A DNA stretch of 64,000 bases from Adineta vaga (Eukaryota; Animalia; Rotifera): NCBI GenBank assembly GCA_021613535.1, contig CP075493.1, positions 7,502,001 to 7,566,000 of the forward strand. Reading direction: 5' to 3'. Positions 25,529 through 37,921 of this stretch are shown in pieces (position 1 is the first letter of the stretch; the number at the start of each line of letters is the position of its first letter). The position numbers and the translations under genes are program-made. The notes beneath the pieces are model-generated. The model did no database searches. It worked only from the letters and a program-made list of their open reading frames with translations, and was not told the DNA's origin.

Positions 25529-26503
25529 TGTGTCGATTCAGCTACATGTACGAAGCAAAGTTATGTATATGTATATATACTGCGAAAAACGGGGAAAACA
25601 TAATATAAGCAAATCAGTATCTATCTCTCATCAGAGAGGAAGAGAGTGATCAGGATGACGATGATGGATAGGAATGTTCTCTAATTCCAAACATGCGGAA
25701 TTCTTTTACGTCACATTTCTTTTTCTCCTTCATACATACATATTCTTAGTGCCTGAATAAAAGCTTTTGTACATGTATAATTATTTCTTGAAAAGTGTTT
25801 TAATAATCGATGTCGTCATTTCGCTTCTATCAACGAATGCTTCTGCTGATGCAAGTATGTGTGAACCTCCATTATCATTCTGATTGGAAATATATTGCAA
25901 TATTAAATGCTACACTTGGTGCAGTATAAATCAAAACATAATTTTTCTGGTATATTCCCTTTTCTGACAGAAAGGCTATGTGATATAGACGACGTATTTC
26001 GATTTTGTCTCTTATTGGCGCAGAGACGAAAAAGTGGATCAGCACATATGCCTTTCCATTTAAATTCTATTTGAAACAAGAACTGAAATTATATTTATAC
26101 TAAGAACAATCTAATCTATGGAATTAAAAAAATGAAAACAATTCAATATGATATTTGAATATATTATATATATATATATATTGATAATCATTATAAGAAC
26201 GTGAGATCATATCCGATTTTTATTTTCAAATTGTCAAATCATCTGTGTACACAAGCAGTCGAGACAAATTTACATTCTAGAAGGCAATCACTAAAAATAA
26301 CATCATATTTTACATTTCTATTACTCGCATATTATGACTTATTCGTACAATTTTTCGATTTTAATACGATATTGCATCATTATTGTAATGCTAATATAAA
26401 TCATCATCTATAACAATGTCTTATTTTCTGTTTAATATGGAATAATCAAACTATTAAATAGCATTGGTTGTAACAAAGAAGTTTTATGGACAGTTATAAA
26501 CTC

Positions 26504-26508
26504 GCCGG

Positions 26509-26565
<57 letters not shown>

Positions 26566-26576
26566 GGGTCACGGCA
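26504..26576 (+). tRNA. trnF-GAA: tRNA-Phe (GAA), intronless
   Basis: GCCGGGA TAGCTCAGTTGGGAGAGC GTCAGACTGAAGATCTGA AGGTC CCTGGTTCGATCCCGGG TCACGGCA folds as a cloverleaf with anticodon GAA and intact A and B boxes. Confidence 0.97.
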
Positions 26577-26582
26577 TCTCTC

Positions 26583-26590
26583 TTTTTTTT
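26583..26590 (+). terminator. Pol III oligo-T terminator of tRNA-Phe
   Basis: T8 run 6 nt after the discriminator base. Confidence 0.85.
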
Positions 26591-27922
26591 CTCACTCATT
26601 ATAAAAATGAAATAATACGTCTTATCTTGCTTAGTCATTCTTTGTCTTGATTCCATTTACCAGCAAAAATCTATTCATCAATTATGACCGTGTATGTCGC
26701 CGACTTTCTAAGTGTATCTGAAACAAGAAGAGAACTTTTTGAAATACATATCATTATTCAGATATGTAAGATGTAATTATTAACCAAAGAATGCAAAGTG
26801 GCACGAATTGATACTTAAAATGGATCAGGTTCAAGAAGCTTTTGTATTTTCGTTTATCAACTGATTACTTGAAAATAATTTTATTCAGAGAGCAATCCGT
26901 GACAATATGTGATTTTGTCTATCAGTAAGACTTATTGCATGTAGTGATGACAGATATGTGAAAAAAGAGTTTAATGAAATTAGATTTCTAATGACTTTTA
27001 CGACATTGACATTTTGACGTTAAAAAATGTCCTCAAGTGATTGTTGATGATGGAAAGGAAACCATTCTTGAAGTAAGTTTCATACATAAAATCTGTACTG
27101 TCTTTTTTTTAATTGTCTTTCTAATAAGGCATGTCAAGCAGATCGTTGAACGATGATGTAATGAGAATAAAATTGACCTTAATAGATAAAGAACAAACGA
27201 GTTATTTGAACTCATCTGTTCTTGACTTCTAAGAGTCATTTAAGATAAAAAGAATTTGCTAAGTATTCAGATAACATATGGTCTGTTCACCTTTGTTAAA
27301 CAGGTAAGCAGTTGACGATTTCTATTTTAAGTTCAGCTAAAATATCTTCATAAGTATATTAATGAATAAATATTTCTGTTTCAAATCTTTTTTTAATAGA
27401 TAATCAATCAGTTTGATATCATGTCACTATGATATTGAATTGATTGATGCGTGTATGGAATATATCTCCTCAAATATCAATATATACTTTATAGTCTAAA
27501 GGGTACACATCATACGAGAAACACAATGTTTATCTATAATTATTTTTTGCCATATGAAAAGCATATCTTTTTCTAGCTCATTCTATTAAACAAATCATTG
27601 AGTATCACTCAATCACTCGTCCATCTCGTAAAGGTCAAAATGACGCGTTTTTCTATTGATGATTTCATCGTCAAATGAGAAGGAAAAAAATGAAATCCTT
27701 TTGTCTCTCATGGATTAAATAGAATTATTTCTAAAATATGAAGTGTATCAATTTCCGAATCAAAACTAATATAGATGTATATTGAAGTAATCTGACTTTA
27801 TTGAGTTATAGTTACTCAATAAATACCTTTAAATAATGTTCCAATATTGCTCATTAAACAAGGTGAGAAAGGAAGCGTTATTCTATATTACATCATTGAA
27901 AATCATCGAAGGTGACAGTCCG

Positions 27923-27942
27923 TTCCTTCCTTCCTTCCTTCC
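27923..27942. repeat. (TTCC)5 microsatellite
   Basis: Seen directly. Confidence 0.9.
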
Positions 27943-29319
27943 GCTCGTCGTTTTTTTCTCAATACAATAGAATTCAAATGTCAAGTTAAGGAACAGAATC
28001 TATTTACGCATTAACGAATATAAACGTAAGACAATTGTCAATGTGACATGACCATTGACTATGGTCCATCGAACAGACATTAGAAATTAATTGTACAGAT
28101 AAGTCGCTGAAAGAAAAATCATTCTTAATTTAACATAATGCGCTCCTTCTTTTGTTCTTTCTGGTGTGATCTATTGTGCAATGCTTCTTTTTGGATTAGA
28201 TCTGATAGATGATGTGATGATGTGTGTGCGTGTATGCGGATATAATTCGTATATATATATATACATACAGAGGAGAGTGTTCGGCCATTTGAAAGACAAA
28301 CGCATCATCATACAGTTGAAAGTATAATCGTTTATTTTTTAATCATTTTCATACCATTTGAATAATCCAGATCAGTAGAGGTAACTAGCAATCTACAGTA
28401 GTATTATGCCGAATGAAATCAATTAATTTCTCTTACGTCAATATGTGTTACTCACAATATCAGGAAACTATCGCGAGGACATATGATTTCAATCAACATT
28501 ACCGATTACTAATAAGGAAAAAAAACGATACGTATCAGTTTTGTTTTCAGATAATATTCTATATAACTATTTCATATACTTCGTTTTTGAATGTGCAATT
28601 GATTGTTCTAGCGCGTAAGTATATACTTAAATATCAATTGAAAAAAATATAGTTTCTATGTGAGTTAATAGTTAATGTCAGACAATCCGAGGATTATCTT
28701 GTCTCGGACAACGAGAAAAATGACAATAGCATCGATAAATCTCCTCGACAAGTCATTCATTTCCATCTGGTCACTTCGAAATTGACTAAATAAAAGTCAT
28801 CATAAATCATATGTAAAGATGGATCGATCGATGTTGAAGTCACATATTTTTCATAATCATTTAAGAGAGAACATCAGTAGACAATAGGCAAAAGTTTATT
28901 GAGCATGACCATTGGCTCTATGTAGTACGATTTAATTACAATAAATACCATTTTTTTTTCTTTTCTTTTCTTTTCTTTTCTTCCCTTTTACTTTTATTCT
29001 CATCGTTCTTTTGCTATTTGTATGGTGCGTTCTTTTACAGTCTCGTCTCATTGATATCATTCAATATGTATATATGCATATCAATGAAAAGAACGGAATG
29101 AACATAGTACTTGAGTATAAAGATGATAAACACCATCTCACACCGTTTGTCTATGATGAGGAATTTCGACAAGTAAACGATGTATATACGTACACTTGTC
29201 TATATACTTCAATTAAAATAAACAATAACATTGATCAGTTTATCTGAATACTTTCTTTTTGATATAGGTAATGGAATCTTATTGATGAATATCATGGTAT
29301 TTTTTTACTTCAATGCAGT

Positions 29320-31915
29320 ATGAACCTTCGTAGCCAATGTACACAACTATTCTTTATTATTTTCCTTATCCATTCATCTTATACATGGCATCAAACATTA
29401 AGATTTTCTCATCAACTATCCTATGATTCAAGTACGAATGAACACATTCATTTTCTTGTTGAAATAAAAAGAATAAATGTATAATTTTTAGATCCAAAAA
29501 ATTCTTCTATTCCAATTCATATGAAATTTTTCATGTGGTATGAGAGTTATGCAATCTATGGTGCACGTGAAAGATTGATTCTTCTTAAACCGAATCTAAA
29601 TACTTCTACAGTAATTTCTAATATCATTCTCTATTCTGTTCTTGAAAATAAATATGTTCTAGATCGAAGTTTATACATACAATTGGTCTATTGATTCAAT
29701 AACTATGGAAGAATGTCTTCAAGAATGGAATATAAAAGTATTTGATTTTCGAATTTAATCTTGAAGAAAAATCAATGTTTCGTTTTTGTTCAAGGAAAAA
29801 TGTTATAATGATATAATTCATGTACGAATTTCGTCAAATAGTAGTATTATGGATGTTTATTCTACTTATGCACATCGACCAATGATTCGTTCTTTTAATT
29901 TCCATTCCATGTCATTTATTAATGGAAGTAGTCTTACGCGTGATCCACAACCTTCAATTGATTCCGAACGTTCATATGTCATGTTATCATTTAATACAGG
30001 TTTGGTTACTGCTGGTTATGAAGGTGATTATATTCCAACGATACGTGGATCACACGGGAAAACATTGCTTTATGCATTACGACAAAGTATGCAAGAGAAG
30101 AATTCTGAAAGAGAAAATGTTTTGCTTACATTTGATTTTAGATTCACATTTTATTGGCGGGTTTAAATATGATGGAAAAGCTGTGTTTGGTGTTATTGAA
30201 ACATCTGAACGAAGAGAAACAGTAAATAAATAATTTACTTTTCTCGTTCTGAGTTTTATTTTTCATTAATTTATTCGAAGAATCGAATCTCTCGATTAGT
30301 AATGGCATGTGCTAATCGTGCTGAAATTATTCGTAAAGCAACACTGAATTGTTCGACAGATATGTTCGATCCATCACGTTCATTCGTATTTCATATCTTA
30401 AGTAACTATAAAACTGCACATTTCTAATCACTCACTGACATCTGTTTTTCTTCCTTCTTTCTTTCTTCCTTTAGCTTCATTAATTGATCCAATTCGTACA
30501 AAGAATAATTCTATCTTACTTTTTGCTACATTTACTACAACGAAGTAAGACTATTTTCTTTGTTAGACGTTTCTAATTTCTCGTATGAATACATAGTTCA
30601 TCATTAACAGCATCAGCTGTATGTTTATTTATACTGGATAAACAATTTTATGATGTTTTTACTGATTCATCAATGAAAACAGTTCGAACAACTGAAATGA
30701 ATGAATTAATTGTTAATTGTTCTCAATCAATACCCTCAACAATTGATAGAGATATGGTCGAATCAGACAAACAATTTCTTCCATATTCATCCAATCCATT
30801 ATTAATTGAAACAATGTCAAATGGAATCTTCACAACCATTGATGTTATTCAATATAAACTTGATCTTTATTGTTTAATCATTGGAACAAGTAACATATCA
30901 TTATTTCTATTGTTGACTATATCATTTCATTCATTTAGGTAATGGCCATGTATTTACAGCATTTACTGACAGTTCATTTCAAACAAATGTCTTCGAAGAA
31001 TTGATCTTACCAATACATATGCGTTCTTCTATCAAATCAATTACACATACGAAAACGTGACTATAACAACTATGATGAATTATTTCGAAATAAATTTCCT
31101 TTTAATTTAGTGAAAATAATTCCTACTTAATTCTTATTACAAATCATATTGATTATTCCATTGTGAAATTAATTTCATGTAAAGATAATCATACAAAACT
31201 TTGTTTTGAATGTTTTCTTCAAGATTGTTCAATACAAAAGATCAATACAATTGAGTATGGATTTGTTTATCTTTCTAGAAAGAAAATTGAATTGTATTAC
31301 TTTAGTAAACAACGATGTTCTTCTGGAACTACGATTCAATCATATCCAGATAATAACACACTAACAGTTTCTTCATCTATGGATACAGCTTCTGTCTTAT
31401 ACAATCAATCAATGGCAATCAGTCGTAGTAGTTCAGGTAAATAGTTTCTTCTTGTCAAGAGAAATAAACATACTATTTCTTTGAATATAGATAAACAAAC
31501 AACGAAAAGTCTTTTATTCTATATTGTTATTCCTATGTCATTGATTGTCTTTGTTTTATTCATATTTATTATTATACTTTTAACAAAATCGAATGGAAAA
31601 ATTACACGTGGACGATTTTATCCTAGTCATTGCCGTAAAACACAAGATTCATCAGCAAAACATATTTTTTCTCATACATATACAAATAATATTATGTATA
31701 AAACAAATTCAAAATTATGTTTCGAGAAAAAAAATCACGATAATATCTTTCCTATTAAATCTGACTTATGTGTACGGCAAACTCCAATAAATCCTGTTTA
31801 TTCTACTACATCATCACAAAGTTTACCATCATTAGTAGTACCAACACCAATCATTGTGCCATCCAATACACCACAACCACTTTCAGTTCGTCGTCTTTAT
31901 AAGAATTATATGTGA
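29320..31915 (+). CDS. Divergent single-pass transmembrane semaphorin (Sema domain + degenerate PSI + TM)
   Basis: Signal peptide, then ordered Sema motifs across phase-consistent exons: IYGARERL, YNWS...EEC, CYNDI, STYAHRP, HFIGGF...AVFGVIE, SRLVMAC...KATLNCS...FVFHIL, FATFTT...TASAVCLF, IIGTSNGHV. TM LLFYIVIPMSLIVFVLFIFIIILL and a Pro/Ser-rich tail. Confidence 0.75.
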
Positions 31916-32582
31916 ATGTTATTTTGTATTTTTTTAATGAAAGAAATATACATATATATATTCTAATCTGTCAATGCAGAGCATGATTATGCGCAGTTGG
32001 AGGTTGATAAATCCTTTGCTATATTATGATTATTTTAATTAGCTATCAGTTTTTAAAGTTATCTTTCATTTATTTCATAGAGATAAATGTCTAAATAGTT
32101 GATAAAACCTATAAAAGTCCTGAAAGTCTAGAGAACAAAATGAAGCAAAAAGAAAAAAGAAAAGAAGAAAAAAAATGTTTAAGAACATCAATCACTATAA
32201 CAGTAAACACAAACACAAAGAAACGAAAAGAATAAACTTATCTCTTTCTCGAAATCTCAAAAAGAAACACAAACAAACACATAGATACGAAAAGAAAAGA
32301 AAACACTGAAATCCTAGAAATTTAGGAATCAAAAAAAAGAAAAAGAAAACCAGTCAGCAAGACTAATAAGGACTAGGAAACTGAACATCAGTTTCTATTC
32401 CTATTGAACAAACAAACAGAGATATCACATGCATCATTTAGCCTGTACATTACATATACAAACGAATGCGCAAATGAGTGAAAAAACCACACACACACAT
32501 ACATATTTTAACGCAAGCAACGAACAAACATACACGTACATACGGTTGAACGATCGTTTTTGTATCTACATATAGGTTCGCT

Positions 32583-33332
32583 CTAAAAATTGTTGTTGTT
32601 ATTCAAACGATAAGAATTTTGTCGAGAATGAATACCATATAAATGACTCATTTCGTTATCATGAGAATTATAACGAATGGTATTATCATCATCGGATGAA
32701 TCATCATCATGTCTTCCAGTTGAGTTTATTACACGAATACAATTAGCACAATGACATTTTTTTAATACTGGACAAAAGATTTCACCGCTTTCATCATACA
32801 TTGAATGAGCTAAAACGATTACGAGTTTTTTAATAAATAAATAAATAAATATCAACAAATAAAAACTTACATGTATAGAGACATTCAGGCATATTATGAC
32901 TTTTACAATGTCGACAAATTGTTTTAGGATATTGATATTGTGGTGGTTGTTGATGTTTAGTGTGAAGCATATTATTAAATTGAGGATAATAACCTGGCGG
33001 ATTTTCTTCCGATGGTGAAATACTACTTGTTGGTGACCAAGGAAAATTGGATAATGACGATGAGGAAGAAGATGATATTGATGAAAATACAAGTGATTTT
33101 CGACGTGTTTCAGCTGGGCCATTACTGAAATGAAAAGAATTTAATAATTATCTCGATTGTCTAGGTAAACTTACTGAAAATAAGTAAATGGTGCAATCAT
33201 TGTTTCGGCATCGAATGCATAATTTAATGGATCAAATGCTGTTTCCCGAGAGAAGATATTGGGATGTTCCGTTAGTAAAGGTGAAGCAGGTTTTAAAAGA
33301 TTTTTATGATTCGCACTCGAGTAATGATACAT
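32583..33332 (-). CDS. nanos: Nanos-like zinc-finger protein (3 coding exons); second CCHC finger degenerate
   Basis: Exons ~33332-33175, 33124-32871 and 32810-32583 splice in frame to ...CRHCKSHNMPECLYT/SHSMYDESGEIFCPVLKKCHCANC... This is the exact C-x2-C-x12-H-x10-C spacing and CPVL signature of the Nanos domain. Confidence 0.82.
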
Positions 33333-34037
33333 CGTATGGGAGATCGATCGATGTAAATAATGTCTGTCGAATAAAAGCGTTAAAAAGTTGAAATGAATGG
33401 AAATACTAACTAAAAAAAGGATGCTATGAATCTCTATTTCTCTCTCTCGTACGTTGTTGGTACATATGTATAGGATAAGAAGAAGAAAAATAAGGAAAAT
33501 GAATGGAAGAAGACCTGGATGCAATCGAAATTCATGTTAAACTTTGTGCTATGTAATGAAAAGTACACGTGGAAGAACGATTCAAACTTGTCCATGCAGA
33601 CGAGAATGAGGAGAAAAGAATCATACACGTCGACAATAATCGGCAGAATTAACGAGTACATACGGCTTCAGACGGCTTCAAAATGAAAAAAGGATAATCG
33701 TCGAGGTAAAAAAAATGTTAGGCAACTAAGGCATACTATCGTGAAGCAGACAGTAAATGACCAATCCTTCGTATACGACGTCAAAATCACTTCGATAAGG
33801 ACATTTCTCTATTCAAAAGTCGAATAATATGTTTCACATTCTTTTCGATACATTTTCATCATTTCGCACTATAAGTTCGTTTTATCATTGAATATATAAC
33901 TATTGAATATGACGAGATTACATTTAACTGAGAATCATTTCAATCAATCAAAGATATTGATAAAATACAGAAGACATTCATTTGAAAAAAAGCAAAAGAA
34001 ATCATTACATATCATTAAAACTTTGATTTTTATTTGA

Positions 34038-34337
34038 TTATATTTCTTCATTTATTGATATTCCGGGTGAAAGATACTGTACATTTACTTTCTCAGTTCG
34101 ATTAGATCGTGTAATGAAATTATTTGAATGATCATTTCGTTGAGTTTCAGTGATTTCATCTTGATTGCTTATAACTTTCGGTTGATCAGGTGGATGCGTA
34201 GGTAATATGATGGGTTCATAAGGACCTTCAATATTTTCTATCCACGTATCAATTCTATCAACTTTTTTTGTTGAAAAATCTGGATTTCTTTTTTTTGATG
34301 ATGTTACTTTTGGTCGACAAAGACCACATCCACCCAT
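34038..34337 (-). CDS. Small intronless orphan (99 aa) with N-terminal MGGCGLC acylation-like motif
   Basis: ORF with MG start, two N-proximal Cys and a basic patch (KKR); the rest has natural-looking composition. Confidence 0.5.
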   Translation of the reverse strand: MGGCGLCRPKVTSSKKRNPDFSTKKVDRIDTWIENIEGPYEPIILPTHPPDQPKVISNQDEITETQRNDHSNNFITRSNRTEKVNVQYLSPGISINEEI

Positions 34338-34928
34338 AACAATCAATACGTTACATTAATCAATCATTTGAGCGCCATACTCAAGAATAATTATTCGAAC
34401 AAATTAATATTGGAAGACAATTGTGTTTGAAAATGATAACTCGAGATCGTTACTCAACGATTCTTAGACATAGTTTTACATTGAATAAGTTAAGAAAAGA
34501 AATGTTTCGAACTGACTATTGTTCGATCATCACTGTTTTATAAAATTCATTAATCTATTAAATGATGAATTCTATGTCTGTTCTTTTAGTTCAATGAGAG
34601 AAGTTGTAAAACTATCCAATGTATAATATATATACTTTCGTCGATTTATTTTATATGGTAGATGTCATTGTTTAACGAATATTCTATCGTATATTTGATA
34701 TTCAGTGATGAATTTCTTTCTATTCTTTTAAATGATCTTCTCTTCCTGTTGAAAAGTTACAAATACATTTTTCTTAAAAACAAATAAGGCGTGCATTCTT
34801 TTCTCTTTTGTACATTCTGTTTATATTCATATATACACGACATATGGATATATTAACGAAATAGTAACTTTGTCATTGTCACTTTACTTTTATTTTGTAT
34901 CTATCATATATACATCTTGTCTATATCT

Positions 34929-37248
34929 ATGTCTCAAGCATCTCGTGATTCGTTTGTATGTTAGAATGGAAAAGAAAAGCTTATCAAATAAGATTCTCTA
35001 TTTAGAAAGACGATGGACAAACGGATTATTATGCTCAAATTTCACCAGAATATCAATTTGGTTTGTTCTCGTTTTCTTTTCTGATTTCATCAAAAAATCA
35101 ATGTTTGTTTTGCATTGTAGAAAGACCAGCAATTGATTGTTTGCTAGATCATATATGGAATCAAGAAGCTCGAAAACCAGCAATCGATAAATTAATTCAA
35201 GAATACTTAGAAAATATTGGTAGTCCATTAATACAAAATTATTCCTCAATAAACATTACACCACTTATGAGTAATGAAAACACATAAATAAAGGATATTT
35301 TTTTATCACTCTATTTTATTTAGCTGTTGAGATAGAAAATGAAACTAAAATTCATTCAATTACATCGACTCAACAAACACAAACTCCTTGTCGAGGAATA
35401 CAACATTATCAATCTGCTCCGTCATTTTATCATACACCGCTAACATCATCAGGAAATGATTCAGGAACAAAATTTTCTTATAATAATCATGAATTTCAAC
35501 ATACAACTTCAACACCTTTACTTCAGTAATAAGAAAAAAAATCCCGAATAGTAACACTCTAATGAATATCTACTCTTTCTATTGAAAAGACCACTGTCTA
35601 CTCGATCTCATCGTTCTTCATCCATAGCAATCGATGGAATTGCCAATACACCATGTAGTCGAATATCCATTTCATCGAATCAAGATGTTCCCAGTATGGA
35701 TCGTTATGTAAGTTATTCAATTTAATTAGTATATGCCAATTATTTCTTATCAGACTCATGGAAATAATAGTAAAGATAGTCGTTTAAAACGAGCTGCTGC
35801 TCAAGAACGTCGACAAGCTACTCGTAAGTACAATGTAATATGTTTTTGTACTCAATTGTTCGATACAATTCAAATGAAGGACATTTCGGAAAAGTTCAAC
35901 CTGGTTTGATATGGACATCACCGTTACCAATTCGAGCACGAACATTTTCTATGCGACCACCATCATTGTCATGCAAGATTTTTCTTGGTGGTATTCCACA
36001 TGATCTGAATCTAAGTAAATGATTTAAATTGTCAATATATGAATGATGTAATACGATGAAATTTATATAGGAGATTTACAAGAACGTCTAGAAAGTTTTG
36101 GACCAGTACGATTAGAATGGCCAAATATGGATACTATGCCAATACATAGACATTCGTCAAATAGTAGGATAGTTTGCTTTTCGATGAAAGTGTTATCGTC
36201 TTATCTGTATTTTTGAAATAGCGATGGCTGGTTTTGTTTATGCTATTTATGAAAATGAACAATCTGTTTATCAAATTTTACATGCTTGTTCGACAAAAAC
36301 AGATCGAACATTAGATGATGGTCGATGTGAATATTATCTTGATGTGTATAGTCAAAGAACGACTTTACGAAGAAAAAATGTAAGAATAATTTTAATTAAA
36401 AAAAAGCAGAAAATATCACATCTTTCTTTTTTTTATTTTCATTTAGATTCAAATTATTCCGTGGTTTGTGGTTAGTATTGTCTATTAAACAATGCAGATT
36501 TGACGTTTGTTCGATTATGTTTAGGAAGATTCTCAATGGTTAGCTGAGGGAGATCTTCTTTCAAATGGTTATGGAACATGGGAACAACGACTTGGTTCAA
36601 CAGAATGTATCAATCGAACTGTATTCGTAGGAGCTTTACATGGCATGATGACAGCATATGCACTAGCGCAAATTTGCCAAGAACTATTTGGAGATGTGGA
36701 ATATGCTGCTATTGATACGGATAGAAATAAATATCCAATTGGTAATATCGATTTTTATCATACACTTTTCATTCTTTCTCATGTTGAGTTAGTTGTATAT
36801 ATTTGAAATACAATAAGACAGAATAATTATCCATTCGAAGAATTCTAATTTAGGTTCTGGTCGTGTTGTATTTGTTAATACACATAGTTATTATGCCGCT
36901 GTTACAGCTAATTATTTAATGATTGAATGTGATAAATTTTGTAAAGTGGTATGTTTAATCTTTATAACTTTTATCTTATTCATTTTCGAATGATTTCATT
37001 AGATACAAATCGATCCCTATCTATCCGATAGTGTTTCGTGTGCCGGTGTCGATGGTGAATGGTGTCCAAATATGGGTCAATATTTTTGTCGTTCACTTAA
37101 ATGCATGAAATATTATTGTGCAGCATGTTGGGATTTAAATCCTAATCATCAAATAAGTCAAACAAATACTAATAATCATAATAATAATGAATATGAACCT
37201 CCAGCTATGATTCATAAACCATTAATGCGAAATGCTCGAAATTCATAA
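34929..37248 (+). CDS. CPEB1: Cytoplasmic polyadenylation element-binding protein, CPEB1/Orb subfamily (multi-exon)
   Basis: RRM1 [13 protein letters not shown]...GFVYAIYE...IQIIPW; RRM2 [14 protein letters not shown]...[17 protein letters not shown]; IQIDPYL; ZZ-type finger ([17 protein letters not shown]); C-terminal [12 protein letters not shown] and KYPIGSGRV are CPEB1/Orb-type. Confidence 0.93.
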
Positions 37249-37921
37249 CGAGAACAATGGAAATTTTCTACATATCGATGATATCCGTTAATCTAAAGAT
37301 TTTATAGTTATTTTTAAAGATATCTTTTCTTCTTGTTTTTCATCAAACTTCACAGATAAACAAGTGATTTATGTACAGATATTATGGAAGTTATTTGTCT
37401 CTTTTTTTTGTTGTTATTTGTTTTGTTAGTTTTCTTTTTCTGTTTGTTATATTGTTTCTTTTCAAACTGTTTGTGTTACGACGCACGACGAACATTGAAT
37501 GTCGATTACATTTTGGATAATGTATTTGTAATTTGTTTTCGTTCGTTCAGTATCGTATATATATATATGTGTGTGTGTGTTTTGGTTTGTTTAAAATTTC
37601 ATAAGATGTGACTCTAAAAACTTTTCGTATGAAATAGAATAAAAAAAACAGATAAACCGTAGAGTAACAATCTAAGTTTCAATTATTGCTCGATTGATAG
37701 GGACATGATTAGGCATAGTCAACCTTCTTTTGGAAATGATAAATATTATAATGAACACGTACTGAATCTAGTGACATCTTTTACAAGTTTTTCGATTTGT
37801 TTATTCGAACCAATATAAGAATGTTCGCGTAAAGTAGTTTAATATGGATCTATTCACAGAATTTTGTAATTTATTAACTAGAATCAAATCATTTGAATCA
37901 TACCAGTGATTTGATTTGGTT

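Noticed and set aside
33662-33680. ACGGCTTCA direct repeat upstream of nanos
   Set aside because: Only two 9-10 bp units; not an array, and no function can be supported.
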